Origin: Myxococcota bacterium
GTDB taxonomy: Bacteria; Myxococcota_A; UBA9160; UBA4427
Assembly (NCBI GenBank): GCA_965250285.1
Contig: OZ252299.1
Coordinates: 1,801,222-1,865,221, forward strand
Length of the DNA stretch: 64,000 nt
Direction of reading: 5' to 3'
Below are positions 1 through 8,150 of the stretch, piece after piece (within the stretch, counting starts at the first letter, position 1; each line of letters opens with the position of its first letter). Both the position numbers and the translations under genes were made by a program. The notes under the pieces are model-generated. The model was not told the DNA's origin. It worked only from the letters and a program-made list of their open reading frames with translations, and did not search any database.

Positions 1-560
1 TCCTGGCGCCACACGACGCCCTTCGGCATGCCGGTGGTGCCGCCGGTGTACAGGATGTAGCGATCGTCGGGCGAGCGCGGCTCGAAGTCACGCTCGGTCG
101 ACTCGGCGCCGAGCGCCGCTTCGTAGGCCACGGCATCGAGGGTGTTCGAGTCGACGTCGCTCCCGTCGTCGATCTCCACGCAGTGCCCGAGCTTCGGCAT
201 CGTGTCACGCACCGCGAGAATTCGCGGCGCGAAGGCGCGCTCGTACACCAGCGCCTTGAGGTCGGCGTTGTCGAAGATGTACGCGAGCTCTTCTTCGACG
301 TAGCGGTAGTTGATGTTCACCCAGACCGCGCGCAGCTTGAACACCGCCCACAGCGTCTCGACCCACTCGACGCTGTTGAAGCCATAGATGCCGACGTGAT
401 CGCCGGGCCCGACGCCGTTCTTCGCGAGGTGGTGGGCGAGCTGGTTCGCCCTCGCCTCCATCTCGCCGTAGGTGCGGCGCTGCCCTTCGGCGACGAGGTA
501 CTCGCGGTCGGGCCACTCGTCAGCAGCCTGCTCGAAGAGGTCGGCGAGATTGAATTCCAT
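1..560 (-). CDS. AMP-dependent acyl-CoA synthetase/ligase, N-terminal part (gene runs off the window start)
   Basis: Not in the ORF track because it is open at the window edge. Reverse complement from ATG 560-558 reads MEFNLADLFEQAADEWPDREYLVAEGQRRTYGEMEARANQLAHHL...DDRYILYTGGTTGMPKGVVWRQ. The T-G-G-T-T-G-x-P-K-G block is the AMP-binding signature of adenylate-forming enzymes. Confidence 0.85.
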   Translation of the reverse strand, partial: MEFNLADLFEQAADEWPDREYLVAEGQRRTYGEMEARANQLAHHLAKNGVGPGDHVGIYGFNSVEWVETLWAVFKLRAVWVNINYRYVEEELAYIFDNADLKALVYERAFAPRILAVRDTMPKLGHCVEIDDGSDVDSNTLDAVAYEAALGAESTERDFEPRSPDDRYILYTGGTTGMPKGVVWRQ

Positions 561-699
561 GGCGAGCTCCGTGATGCGCTTGAGCGGTTCGGGGGCGAGA
601 GAGATGCGGTTGAAGCGAGAGGGCCGCGCGCGGAGCCCGAACGTACCACCACGGGGTGAGGGAGCGGAGGCGACTGCGCGGGTCAGGTAGCCGGTCGAT

Positions 700-1719
700 T
701 CAGTCGAGGAGGTTCTGCCTCGGGTCACCTCGATCGAAGACGTTGAATCGCAGATTGCGGTCGCCCGAAACCTCCTTCCAACCGATCCGCAGCCCGCGCT
801 GCTCAGCCATGCGACGAGCTGCGAGGTAGACGTCGAAGCTGTCGGGCCAGACGAAGAAACGCACGTACTGCCGGCGTGGATTCAGCGCGTCGAGCGCCGC
901 CGCGAACCGGCTGTTTGGGCCGAGTTCGGCCTCGGTCTCGCCCGGAGCAATGTCGCCCGTCGGCACCAGCTCGGCATTGAGCGAATCGTCGAAGATCCAG
1001 CGGTACCCCTGGTCGCCGATCTGCTCCTTCTTGAAGTGGTTCACGATCCACGGCACGTCGGAGCGCTCGATCAGCATGTTCTCGCGCACAGACCCCGTCG
1101 CGTCTCGCATGCCGGCGATCAGGACGTCACCGAGATCGTCGAGGTCGAGCACGTGCACCTCGCCCCCACGGCAGAAGAAGAACACGCGCTCGAGGCCCGC
1201 GGGCACGGGTCTCGGATCGGGGAGTCGGATCGTGATCGGCTCGCCCGCGGCGGCGGGTTCGGCCAGGATCGCCAGCAGCTTCTCGCGCTCGCCCTCGGCG
1301 CGCTTCACCTCGCCCTCGAGGCGCGCCACCTCGACCTTCAGCTGCTCGCGAGCCTCGAGGCTCGGCTGGTCGCCCGCAGAGGCGCTCGGCCCCGGCAGCG
1401 ACTCGAACTCGTCGAGCAGCGGGCGCGCATCGGCCAGACGCAGGCCCGCGGTCTGTTCGGCCTTGAATCGCTCGAGCTCCGACCGCGCCATCTCGATGTC
1501 GGCCCGCACGTCGTCGCGTTCGCCGACCAGCTCGGCGAGATCGTTCGGGGTCGCCGCTGCGCGCTCCCCGGCGGTCGCGCGAATGCGTTCGACGGCGTCG
1601 CCGAGCGAGAGCTGCGTCACTGCGACGAGCACGACCAGAATGCCGACGACGTTCGCCATCGTATCGAGCAGCGAGTCGATGCTCTGGGCGTCTGCCCGCC
1701 TTCGCGCAGCCCGCGCCAT
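700..1719 (-). CDS. ExbD/TolR-like single-pass membrane protein with long coiled-coil stalk (distal paralog, keeps the TM Asp)
   Basis: 339-aa ORF. ATG 1719-1717 overlaps the upstream stop (TGATG). The N-terminus [30 protein letters not shown] resembles the TolR/ExbD TM entry (..PLLDVLLVLL..). Residues ~40-155 are E/R/A/L-rich and heptad-like. The C-terminus YVRFFVWPDSFDVYLAARRMAEQRGLRIGW resembles the end of the ExbD periplasmic fold. Assigned by eye; no HMM run. Confidence 0.6.
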   Translation of the reverse strand: MARAARRRADAQSIDSLLDTMANVVGILVVLVAVTQLSLGDAVERIRATAGERAAATPNDLAELVGERDDVRADIEMARSELERFKAEQTAGLRLADARPLLDEFESLPGPSASAGDQPSLEAREQLKVEVARLEGEVKRAEGEREKLLAILAEPAAAGEPITIRLPDPRPVPAGLERVFFFCRGGEVHVLDLDDLGDVLIAGMRDATGSVRENMLIERSDVPWIVNHFKKEQIGDQGYRWIFDDSLNAELVPTGDIAPGETEAELGPNSRFAAALDALNPRRQYVRFFVWPDSFDVYLAARRMAEQRGLRIGWKEVSGDRNLRFNVFDRGDPRQNLLD

Positions 1720-2534
1720 CAGCTGCCGAGCTCCGAGTCGGGCACGTCGAACAGGCTGAAGTCGAGCTCGCCGTCACCCGGCAGAGGCAGCTTCGCGAAG
1801 GGCACGTCGAGGCGAGAGGCTGCGACGGCGGCCTTGTTGAAGGTCTCGATGCCGTCCGGTCGGATCAGAAAGACCAGCTTGGTGTTGCGGAGCACTCGAA
1901 TGCGGCGCAGAAATCGCTGAAAGTCGGCGCCGCGCAGCAGATCTTCGGTCGGTACGCGGTATGTGAAGTCGCTGCGCGTGGTGTGCACTTCGACGTAGCC
2001 AGCCGTGCACTCCGCGAAGTACGGGCGGTAGGCCGGGCCGACGCCGGCCGGCGCGATGCGCATGCTCAGATCGCGCTTGGCCTTGTCGCGCGCATCGACG
2101 TCGGCCCGCAGGCCCTGGGTCTGCGCCTCGAGGCTCGCGCGCTTGGCCTGCAATCGGTCGCGCCGGGCGACGACGCGCGCACTGGCCGCAGACGCGCGCC
2201 GCTCGTCGACCAGTCGCTCGAGCTCTTCGAGCGAGATCTCGGGGCTCAGCCCCGCACCATCGAGGCGCGCGAAGAGCTCGTCCTGGTCGGCCTCGCTCGC
2301 CTGCACCGTGTCGAGCTGCTCGTCGAGGTCCTCGAGCTCCTGCTTTGCTTCGACGAGCGCCTGCTGCGCACGGTCGATGCGCTCGCCCAGCCGGACCCCT
2401 GCGAGCGCGCTGCTGCCGACCTGGCTCACCGCCATCGATGCGAGGATCAGCGTCAGCGCACCGATCACGCACGCCAGGACGGAGAGGAACGGAAAGAGCG
2501 AGACCTCGAGGCCTTCGCGTCGCCTGCGCGCCAC
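1719..2534 (-). CDS. ExbD/TolR-like single-pass membrane protein with long coiled-coil stalk (proximal paralog, Ser in place of the TM Asp)
   Basis: 271-aa ORF. GTG 2534-2532 is preceded by GAGGGG, 15 nt after the MotA-like stop. The N-terminus VARRRREGLEVSLFPFLSVLACVIGALTLIL follows the ExbD/TolR pattern but has FLS where TolR has LLD. Residues ~45-160 are E/R/A/Q/D/L-rich coiled-coil-like sequence. The C-terminus reads KLVFLIRPDGIETFNKAAVAASRLDVPFAKL (ExbD-like ending). Confidence 0.6.
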   Translation of the reverse strand: MARRRREGLEVSLFPFLSVLACVIGALTLILASMAVSQVGSSALAGVRLGERIDRAQQALVEAKQELEDLDEQLDTVQASEADQDELFARLDGAGLSPEISLEELERLVDERRASAASARVVARRDRLQAKRASLEAQTQGLRADVDARDKAKRDLSMRIAPAGVGPAYRPYFAECTAGYVEVHTTRSDFTYRVPTEDLLRGADFQRFLRRIRVLRNTKLVFLIRPDGIETFNKAAVAASRLDVPFAKLPLPGDGELDFSLFDVPDSELGS

Positions 2535-2549
2535 GCCCGCGCCCCTCGG

Positions 2550-3641
2550 CTAGCGCCGCCGCTCGAGCGCGGAGAGGAGCTTCTCGGCCACGCGATCGGC
2601 GACGCGATCGATCGTCGCGTCATCGACGTCGCCGCGGGGCTGTGCCTCACCCAGCCGGCGCACGAGGTGACGCGCGCAGTAGTCGTCGATCGCCGCGAGA
2701 TAATCCTCTTCGGCCTTTTGCAGAGAGCTCGTCGGAAACATGATGAAGAGACTCATGACGAGCGCGAGCAGGGTCGTGTCGAACGCGATCCCCAGGCCGC
2801 TCGTGACCGAGCCGATCGACTCCTTCATGACGTCGAGATCGCCGGCGGCCGCGACCGAGTCGGAGAAGCCCGCCACGGAGGCACCGATGCCGAGCACGGT
2901 GCCAATGAAGCCGAGGATCGGCACCGCCCAGATGAAGACGCGCAGCATCGTGTAGCTCGACTCGACGGCGTTCTCGTCGTTCTGCGCCTGGGCGGCGAGC
3001 TGCTCGACCACTTCTTCGGCGCTCTCGCGCGCGGCGTAGTGCTCGAGCGCGCGCGCAATGCGCCCGACCAGGTAGCCACGGCGCTGCTCGTCGGGCAGCG
3101 TGCGCAGGTAGCTGAGGAAGGCGGGCGCGTTCTCGGGCGTGATCGGGTCACCGATGCCCCGTGGCAGCAGGTCGAGGCCGAGGGCGCTGCGCTGGCGGCT
3201 CAGCACGACCGCCTTCGCGACGAGCATGGCCGCTGCCCAAAACGACAGGAAGCTCACGACGTAGGGGACCCAGCCGCGGGCGCCGAGCAGCTGTCCGAAA
3301 GGCGTGTCGGCAAGCGGGCGCACGACGGCGAGGTAGAACACGGCGGTCAGGGCGAAGGCCGCGAGACCGGTCCAGCTGAGGGGCACGTCGGTCGTGCCGC
3401 CGGTGGCGCGCAGCCCGGGTCCGGCGAGCTCGCGCAGGGGCTCGGGCTGCCCGGGGAGCACCGGCCCAGCCTCTTCATCCGCCGCGCGGGTTTGGCCGAC
3501 GACGGCCAGCGGAGCATCGCTCGGCAGGAACGAGTGGCCGCAGGCCTGACAGTCGAGGGGCGCTCGACTGCGCGGGTCGGTCACCGCGTTCTCCGCGCCG
3601 CAGTGCGGACAGATCGCGGCGGTCGATGCACGTTCGGCCAA
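2550..3641 (-). CDS. MotA/TolQ/ExbB-family proton-channel protein with N-terminal zinc ribbon
   Basis: 363-aa ORF (TTG 3641-3639). It has an N-terminal 4-Cys ribbon ICPHC-x16-CQAC, then hydrophobic TM segments. The C-terminal half carries the family signature region VPILGFIGTVLGIGASV ... GLGIAFDTTLLALVMSLFIMF. Confidence 0.75.
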   Translation of the reverse strand: MAERASTAAICPHCGAENAVTDPRSRAPLDCQACGHSFLPSDAPLAVVGQTRAADEEAGPVLPGQPEPLRELAGPGLRATGGTTDVPLSWTGLAAFALTAVFYLAVVRPLADTPFGQLLGARGWVPYVVSFLSFWAAAMLVAKAVVLSRQRSALGLDLLPRGIGDPITPENAPAFLSYLRTLPDEQRRGYLVGRIARALEHYAARESAEEVVEQLAAQAQNDENAVESSYTMLRVFIWAVPILGFIGTVLGIGASVAGFSDSVAAAGDLDVMKESIGSVTSGLGIAFDTTLLALVMSLFIMFPTSSLQKAEEDYLAAIDDYCARHLVRRLGEAQPRGDVDDATIDRVADRVAEKLLSALERRR

Positions 3642-3762
3642 TGCAGATCCTCGTCTCGGCGCGGGAATACGCGCGGCGGGAAGGTAGTCCAGGCCACGGG
3701 TTCGGCCCGCGACCGGTCCGCCCCGCGGCGGCGATCCAGGAGCGGGGATAGAATGCGGCGCG

Positions 3763-5082
3763 ATGGCGTCCTCACCGCACGATTCCGATGCCGCTCAGGC
3801 CCGCCTGGTGCTCGGCCTGTCGGGCGCCGCCAGCGAGGCCGAGCTGCAGGCGGCCTACTGGGCGCTCCGTGCGCACATCGAGTCGCGCGCGGTCACCAGC
3901 GAAGATCCCGGCTTCGTCGCCGCGCGTGTCGCCGAGCTGCAGCAGCTCACCGAGCGGCTCGCCCTCGCCCTCGACGTGCCGCCCGACTCGCTGCCCTCGC
4001 CGCGCATCGAGGCCGTGCAACCCGCTCCGCGCCAGGGCTGGCCGGTCTGGCTCGGCATCGGGGGGTTCGTCGCCGCGCTGCTGATCGGCCTCGTGTACTG
4101 GCTGATGCGAGCCCCGAGCGACGCGACCGACGCATCACCGCTCGCCGCCGTCGCCCAGGGCGACCCGCCTGGGCGACTCGTCTTTGCCGAATCCCCCACG
4201 GCCGCCCGCTTCACCGTGCTCGACGCGGAGGGCACGCGTGTCGTGCGAGCGGGCATCGTCTCGTCCGACCCGGTCGAGCTGGCGCCGGGCCAGTACTCGG
4301 TCTGGCTCTCGGCGCTGGCCTGCGACGCCAGCCGACACAACACGATCCGCGTCGAGACCGACGCCGACATCGAGCTCGTCGCGCCCGAGTGCACGCGCAC
4401 GCTCGCGCTCGTGCTGCGCTCGGACGTGACCGGTGATCGCGTGCGCATCGACGGCGAGGACGTCGGCAGCACGGGGCCGGGTGCGCACATCCTGCAGCCT
4501 GGCTCGCACGAGATCGCGATCGAGCACGGCGGGCGGGAGGCGTGGCGCGCCGAGATCGAGGTCGGCTCGGACGACCGGCTGACGCTGCACGCCGATCTGG
4601 CCGCCAAGGCGAACGCAGCCGACGAGCCGGAGGGCTCGCCCGACGCCGGCGACAGCGCGGAGACAGCGCGGCCGCCGCCTCCGCCGGGCCGCACCGCGGG
4701 GCCGCCGCCTCGGCCGCCCGGCTCGAGTGGTCGGCCCGGTGGTACGCGCGAAGGTCTTCCCGGCGGCACGAGCAGTGAATCACCGGTGCGCGATACCCAG
4801 GTCGCCGGCTCGCGCAGCTGGCACGATGCCGTGCGCCGCCGCTTGATCGACAAGTATGACGAGAACGGATCGCGCAGCCTCGACACCACCATCGAGATCG
4901 CTTCGATTCCCTGCAGCGAGTGGCTCGCGATCGAGAGCCAGTACGAGACCGGGGGGCTGCAGGTGCCGATGACCCGGCTCTACGGTTTCGACGGCTCCGA
5001 ATGGGTCGAAGGGGCGCTCGGAGTCGAACGCGGGCTGCGCGACTTCACGTATCGGCGCATGAAGGAGTGCGGGCTCAAGTAG
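3763..5082 (+). CDS. membrane-anchored PEGA-domain protein with J-domain-like N-terminus (no HPD)
   Basis: 439-aa ORF, ATG 3763. N-terminus LGLSGAASEAELQAAYWALRAHI (J-like helices, HPD absent). TM helix WPVWLGIGGFVAALLIGLVYWL. PEGA-type segments (ARFTVLDAEGTRV..; DRVRIDGEDVGSTGPGAHILQPGSHEIAIEHGGREAWRAEIEV). A Pro/Gly-rich linker, then a ~100-aa C-terminal domain of unknown type. Confidence 0.65.
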   Translation: MASSPHDSDAAQARLVLGLSGAASEAELQAAYWALRAHIESRAVTSEDPGFVAARVAELQQLTERLALALDVPPDSLPSPRIEAVQPAPRQGWPVWLGIGGFVAALLIGLVYWLMRAPSDATDASPLAAVAQGDPPGRLVFAESPTAARFTVLDAEGTRVVRAGIVSSDPVELAPGQYSVWLSALACDASRHNTIRVETDADIELVAPECTRTLALVLRSDVTGDRVRIDGEDVGSTGPGAHILQPGSHEIAIEHGGREAWRAEIEVGSDDRLTLHADLAAKANAADEPEGSPDAGDSAETARPPPPPGRTAGPPPRPPGSSGRPGGTREGLPGGTSSESPVRDTQVAGSRSWHDAVRRRLIDKYDENGSRSLDTTIEIASIPCSEWLAIESQYETGGLQVPMTRLYGFDGSEWVEGALGVERGLRDFTYRRMKECGLK

Positions 5083-5131
5083 CCGCCACGCGACGTCGCC
5101 CCACGCCGCACGCCGTTCGACCTCGCCCGAC

Positions 5132-6583
5132 TCAGTCGGCCGCGTCGCCCGCAGCGCCCTGCCCGATCTGGATACTCGTCCAGCGACCGCCTCGGAAGCG
5201 GGTCACGAGCATCGTGCCCTTGACGATGTAGTCGACGATCAGCGCACCGAAGATCCACTCGACGGGCAGTCCCATCCAGGCGAAGAACCCGGCCGTCACA
5301 CCCCGCACGATGAGCAGGCCCGTGATCGTCGTGACCAGCGGAAAGCGCGTGTCGCCCGCGCCGCGCAGGGCTCCACCGAGGGTGAACTCGATCGCCATCA
5401 GCGGCTGCATCGCGCCGAGGATGTAGATGAAGACCACCGTCAGCCGCACGACCTCTTCGTCCGCGATCATGAAACGCGCGATCTGCTCGGCGAACACGAC
5501 GATGGTGCCGCCCAGCACGATCATGATGCCGATCGAGAACGACATCGCGCGCCAGCCGCTGCGCATGGCACCGGCGGGATCCTGGGCGCCGAGGCGCTGC
5601 CCCACGTGGGTCGAGGCCGCGATCGAGAAGCCGAAGCCCACGACGAACGAGAACGAGAGGATCTGCACCCCGATGCCGTACGCGGCGTAGGGCGCGGTGC
5701 CATAGAACGACACGATCCACAGAAAGAGGATGAAGCCGATCTGCACCGCGCCCGACTCGAGCGCCGCCGGGTAGCCGATATGGAACAGCTGCCGCATGCG
5801 CGCGCGCGTCAGGCTGCCCTTCGCCCGGGTCCCGATCTTGAGCCAGCCCTGCCACCAGAAGAGCAGCGAGAGCAGCGCACCGAACGTGAACGCAGAACCG
5901 GTCGCAATCGCGGCCCCCTTCACGCCGAGCGCCGGCGCCCCGAACATGCCGTACACGAGGGTGTAGACCAGGACGACGTTCACGATGTTCGCGGCCGCGC
6001 CGAGGAAGAGCGGCGTGATCGTGTCGCCTGCGGCGCGCACCGCGGTGCCCAGGATCATCGAGACCGCGAAGCTCACGTTGAAGAGGCTCAGGTAGAAGAT
6101 GAAGTCGGCCGCCGCGTCGACCGTCATCGCATCGAGCTTGAAGATCGACGCGAGGGGGTGCGAGAAGAGCAACCCGGGCAGCGACAGCACGAGCCCCATC
6201 GCCGCGCCGAGGGCGAGCGACGCCTTCGTGACGCGTTCGGCCTCGGCGTAGTCCTGCGCGCCCCACGCGCGCGCGACCATCGCGGTCGTGCCGGCCGAGG
6301 TCGCCATGATCACCGCCTGCAGCACGAAGAAGATGCGGTTGCCGGTGGTGACCGCGGCGACGGCCGACGGGCCGAGCGAACCGACGATCTTGATGTCGAC
6401 GAGCGAGACGGTCGAGTACAGCAGGTTGCCCACGACCGCGGGCCAGGCGAGCTGCAGGATACCGGGCGTCTGCTGCGGGGCTTCCCGCGCACCATGGGGC
6501 ACGGCCGTCTGCCTGCCCTCACCGGCCGCATCGGGCGCGGCGCCGGCGGTGCCAGCATCGAGCGACGCATCGCGCACCGGCAT
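5132..6583 (-). CDS. MATE-family efflux transporter
   Basis: 483-aa polytopic ORF. N-terminal MATE-type block LQLAWPAVVGNLLYSTVSLVDIKIVGSLGPSAVAAVTTGNRIFF. Hydrophobic 12-TM-like profile throughout. Confidence 0.85.
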   Translation of the reverse strand: MPVRDASLDAGTAGAAPDAAGEGRQTAVPHGAREAPQQTPGILQLAWPAVVGNLLYSTVSLVDIKIVGSLGPSAVAAVTTGNRIFFVLQAVIMATSAGTTAMVARAWGAQDYAEAERVTKASLALGAAMGLVLSLPGLLFSHPLASIFKLDAMTVDAAADFIFYLSLFNVSFAVSMILGTAVRAAGDTITPLFLGAAANIVNVVLVYTLVYGMFGAPALGVKGAAIATGSAFTFGALLSLLFWWQGWLKIGTRAKGSLTRARMRQLFHIGYPAALESGAVQIGFILFLWIVSFYGTAPYAAYGIGVQILSFSFVVGFGFSIAASTHVGQRLGAQDPAGAMRSGWRAMSFSIGIMIVLGGTIVVFAEQIARFMIADEEVVRLTVVFIYILGAMQPLMAIEFTLGGALRGAGDTRFPLVTTITGLLIVRGVTAGFFAWMGLPVEWIFGALIVDYIVKGTMLVTRFRGGRWTSIQIGQGAAGDAAD

Positions 6584-6794
6584 GGGAGGGCCCCCGCCCG
6601 AGCGTCGCGTGGAGCGGCCTCGGGGGCGATCAGTGAAAGGCTGGGCGCAGTGGGTGGAAGCGGCAGATTAGCCGCGACCGTCGTGCCGGGAAAGGCGCAG
6701 CGCGCCGCGGGCGACGCATGGGCCAGCGGCCTCGGTGTCGGTTCAGCGGGCGCAGAGCGCTCAGCTTGGTTGCTTCAGACGGCGCCAGCCGGCG

Positions 6795-7817
6795 TCAGAC
6801 GGCGGCGGACACCACGGCCCGAGGCTCAGGGCGCGGCAGCCGTGCCGGTTCGCCGGTCGCCGGATAGAACTGCTTCGCCCACTTGCGATAGGTCGCGACC
6901 GGTCCGTCGCCCACGGCGAGCGCGGGCTGCTCTTTGTAGATCTTGTGCTCCCAGACGTCGATGTCCTGGGTCACCTCGAGGCATAGGAACCAGTGCGTGA
7001 TGTTGCGGATCACATTGTTCAGCGGTCCGAACTTCTTCTTGATCGACGCCCCGAGGCGCAGGTCGATGTGGCCACCGTCCTTCGGCACGGGCATCACGAA
7101 GAACCGAAGCTCGGCGCCGAACTGCGGCAGGTCGACGTTCACCTGGGAGTAACCCAGGCCCCAGACCTGCACGTCGTACTCGACCTCGAGCACGAACTTC
7201 GGCATGAAGCTCAGGTTGAACCACGGCATGAAGCGCTGCACGCCGTACCGCGTGTTCAGGTGGGGGCCCTCGGTCTCGGCCTCGCGCACGATCCGGCCGT
7301 TGTCGAAGCCGTGCACCTGGGTGAAGTGCCCGAAGTCGACACTGTTCTCGGTCGTCTCCTGGGGATGCGTCGCGAGCGCGTACTCCTTCCAGGTGAGTCC
7401 GCTCCAGCCTTCGGTCTCGAGCGGCGGGATCTCCCACTCGGGCTCCCGCCCGAGCGCGTCGTACCAGACCATGACGAAACCGCCGATCTCGCGGACGGTC
7501 CACCGATCGAGCCGCGCGCGCACGGGCGGCGGGCCGTCGTAGGGCGTTGCGGTGCAGCGTCCTTCGGTGTCGAACTGGAAGCCGTGGAAGCCGCAGCGCA
7601 GCGACTCGCCCTTGACCTCGCCGATCTTGCCGAGGTTCGCGCCCATGTGCGGACAGAAGGCGTCGACGACGCGCAGAACGCCCGACTCGGTGCGGAAGAT
7701 GACGAGATCGCTCTCGAAGTACGGCCGCGAGATCAGCTGACCCGGCTTGACCTCGGCGCTCGTCGCGACGGCGTACCAGCCGCTCGGGAGACTCGGAAAC
7801 GGAAAACGCTCGCTCAC
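6795..7817 (-). CDS. Rieske [2Fe-2S] non-heme-iron oxygenase (alpha-subunit type)
   Basis: Rieske motif CPHMGANLG..-x-..CGFHGFQF, plus a mononuclear-iron motif DFGHFTQVH downstream. Start trimmed from the track (7946) to GTG 7817-7815 (VSERFPFPSLPSGWYAV), which is preceded by GAGGGGTGAGGG. The upstream extension is Arg/Ala/Gly-rich. Confidence 0.8.
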   Translation of the reverse strand: MSERFPFPSLPSGWYAVATSAEVKPGQLISRPYFESDLVIFRTESGVLRVVDAFCPHMGANLGKIGEVKGESLRCGFHGFQFDTEGRCTATPYDGPPPVRARLDRWTVREIGGFVMVWYDALGREPEWEIPPLETEGWSGLTWKEYALATHPQETTENSVDFGHFTQVHGFDNGRIVREAETEGPHLNTRYGVQRFMPWFNLSFMPKFVLEVEYDVQVWGLGYSQVNVDLPQFGAELRFFVMPVPKDGGHIDLRLGASIKKKFGPLNNVIRNITHWFLCLEVTQDIDVWEHKIYKEQPALAVGDGPVATYRKWAKQFYPATGEPARLPRPEPRAVVSAAV

Positions 7818-8150
7818 ACCCTCACCCCTCGATCCTCGGACGCGCTCTTGCCGCCCGGCCACCCGTGCCAGGCGAACCGCCGCTCGTGACGGGTCCAAAG
7901 CGGGTCCTGCCCCGGGGGCCGTGGCGCGGCCGCACGAGAGTCGCACCCCGGCTGTCGCGAAGCACCCCGCTCACGGGCGTGAAACCGCCGTGAATCGATG
8001 CTCCGTCGCTGAAACGCCGCTCAGTGCAGTTTCGCGGAATGTGAATCAGACCCGATCCGCCCACGGGTCAGCGAAAGCCGATGGGCGTGCCGACTCGGTG
8101 CGCCGAGACCGGCTCAGCCTGGCGCGCGCGTCGCCCTGCTTCGGGTGGGC

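Noticed and set aside
700-3641. Interpreting the MotA-like triad as Zorya (ZorAB), Tol-Pal, a flagellar stator or the Agl gliding motor
   Set aside because: It has no OmpA/MotB-type peptidoglycan-binding domain and no ZorC/ZorD-like helicase or nuclease genes. It has no TolA/TolB/Pal or flagellar genes nearby. The MotA-like protein lacks the very long ZorA C-terminal tail. The coiled coils sit on the ExbD-like partners instead. I kept it as an unassigned module rather than forcing a known label.
3749-3754. TAGAAT -10-like hexamer ending 8 nt before the PEGA gene's ATG, hinting at a leaderless mRNA
   Set aside because: It is a single hexamer match with no identifiable -35 element or experimental support. 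An AGGAG lies 19 nt upstream, which leaves the real 5' end ambiguous. The evidence is insufficient to annotate a promoter.
1983-4436. 817-aa plus-strand ORF, the longest ORF over the MotA/ExbD-like region
   Set aside because: It is antisense to three genes with recognisable motifs. Its translation is an Arg/Ala/Gly/Pro-rich low-complexity string typical of off-frame ORFs in stop-poor GC-rich DNA. No domain is recognisable.
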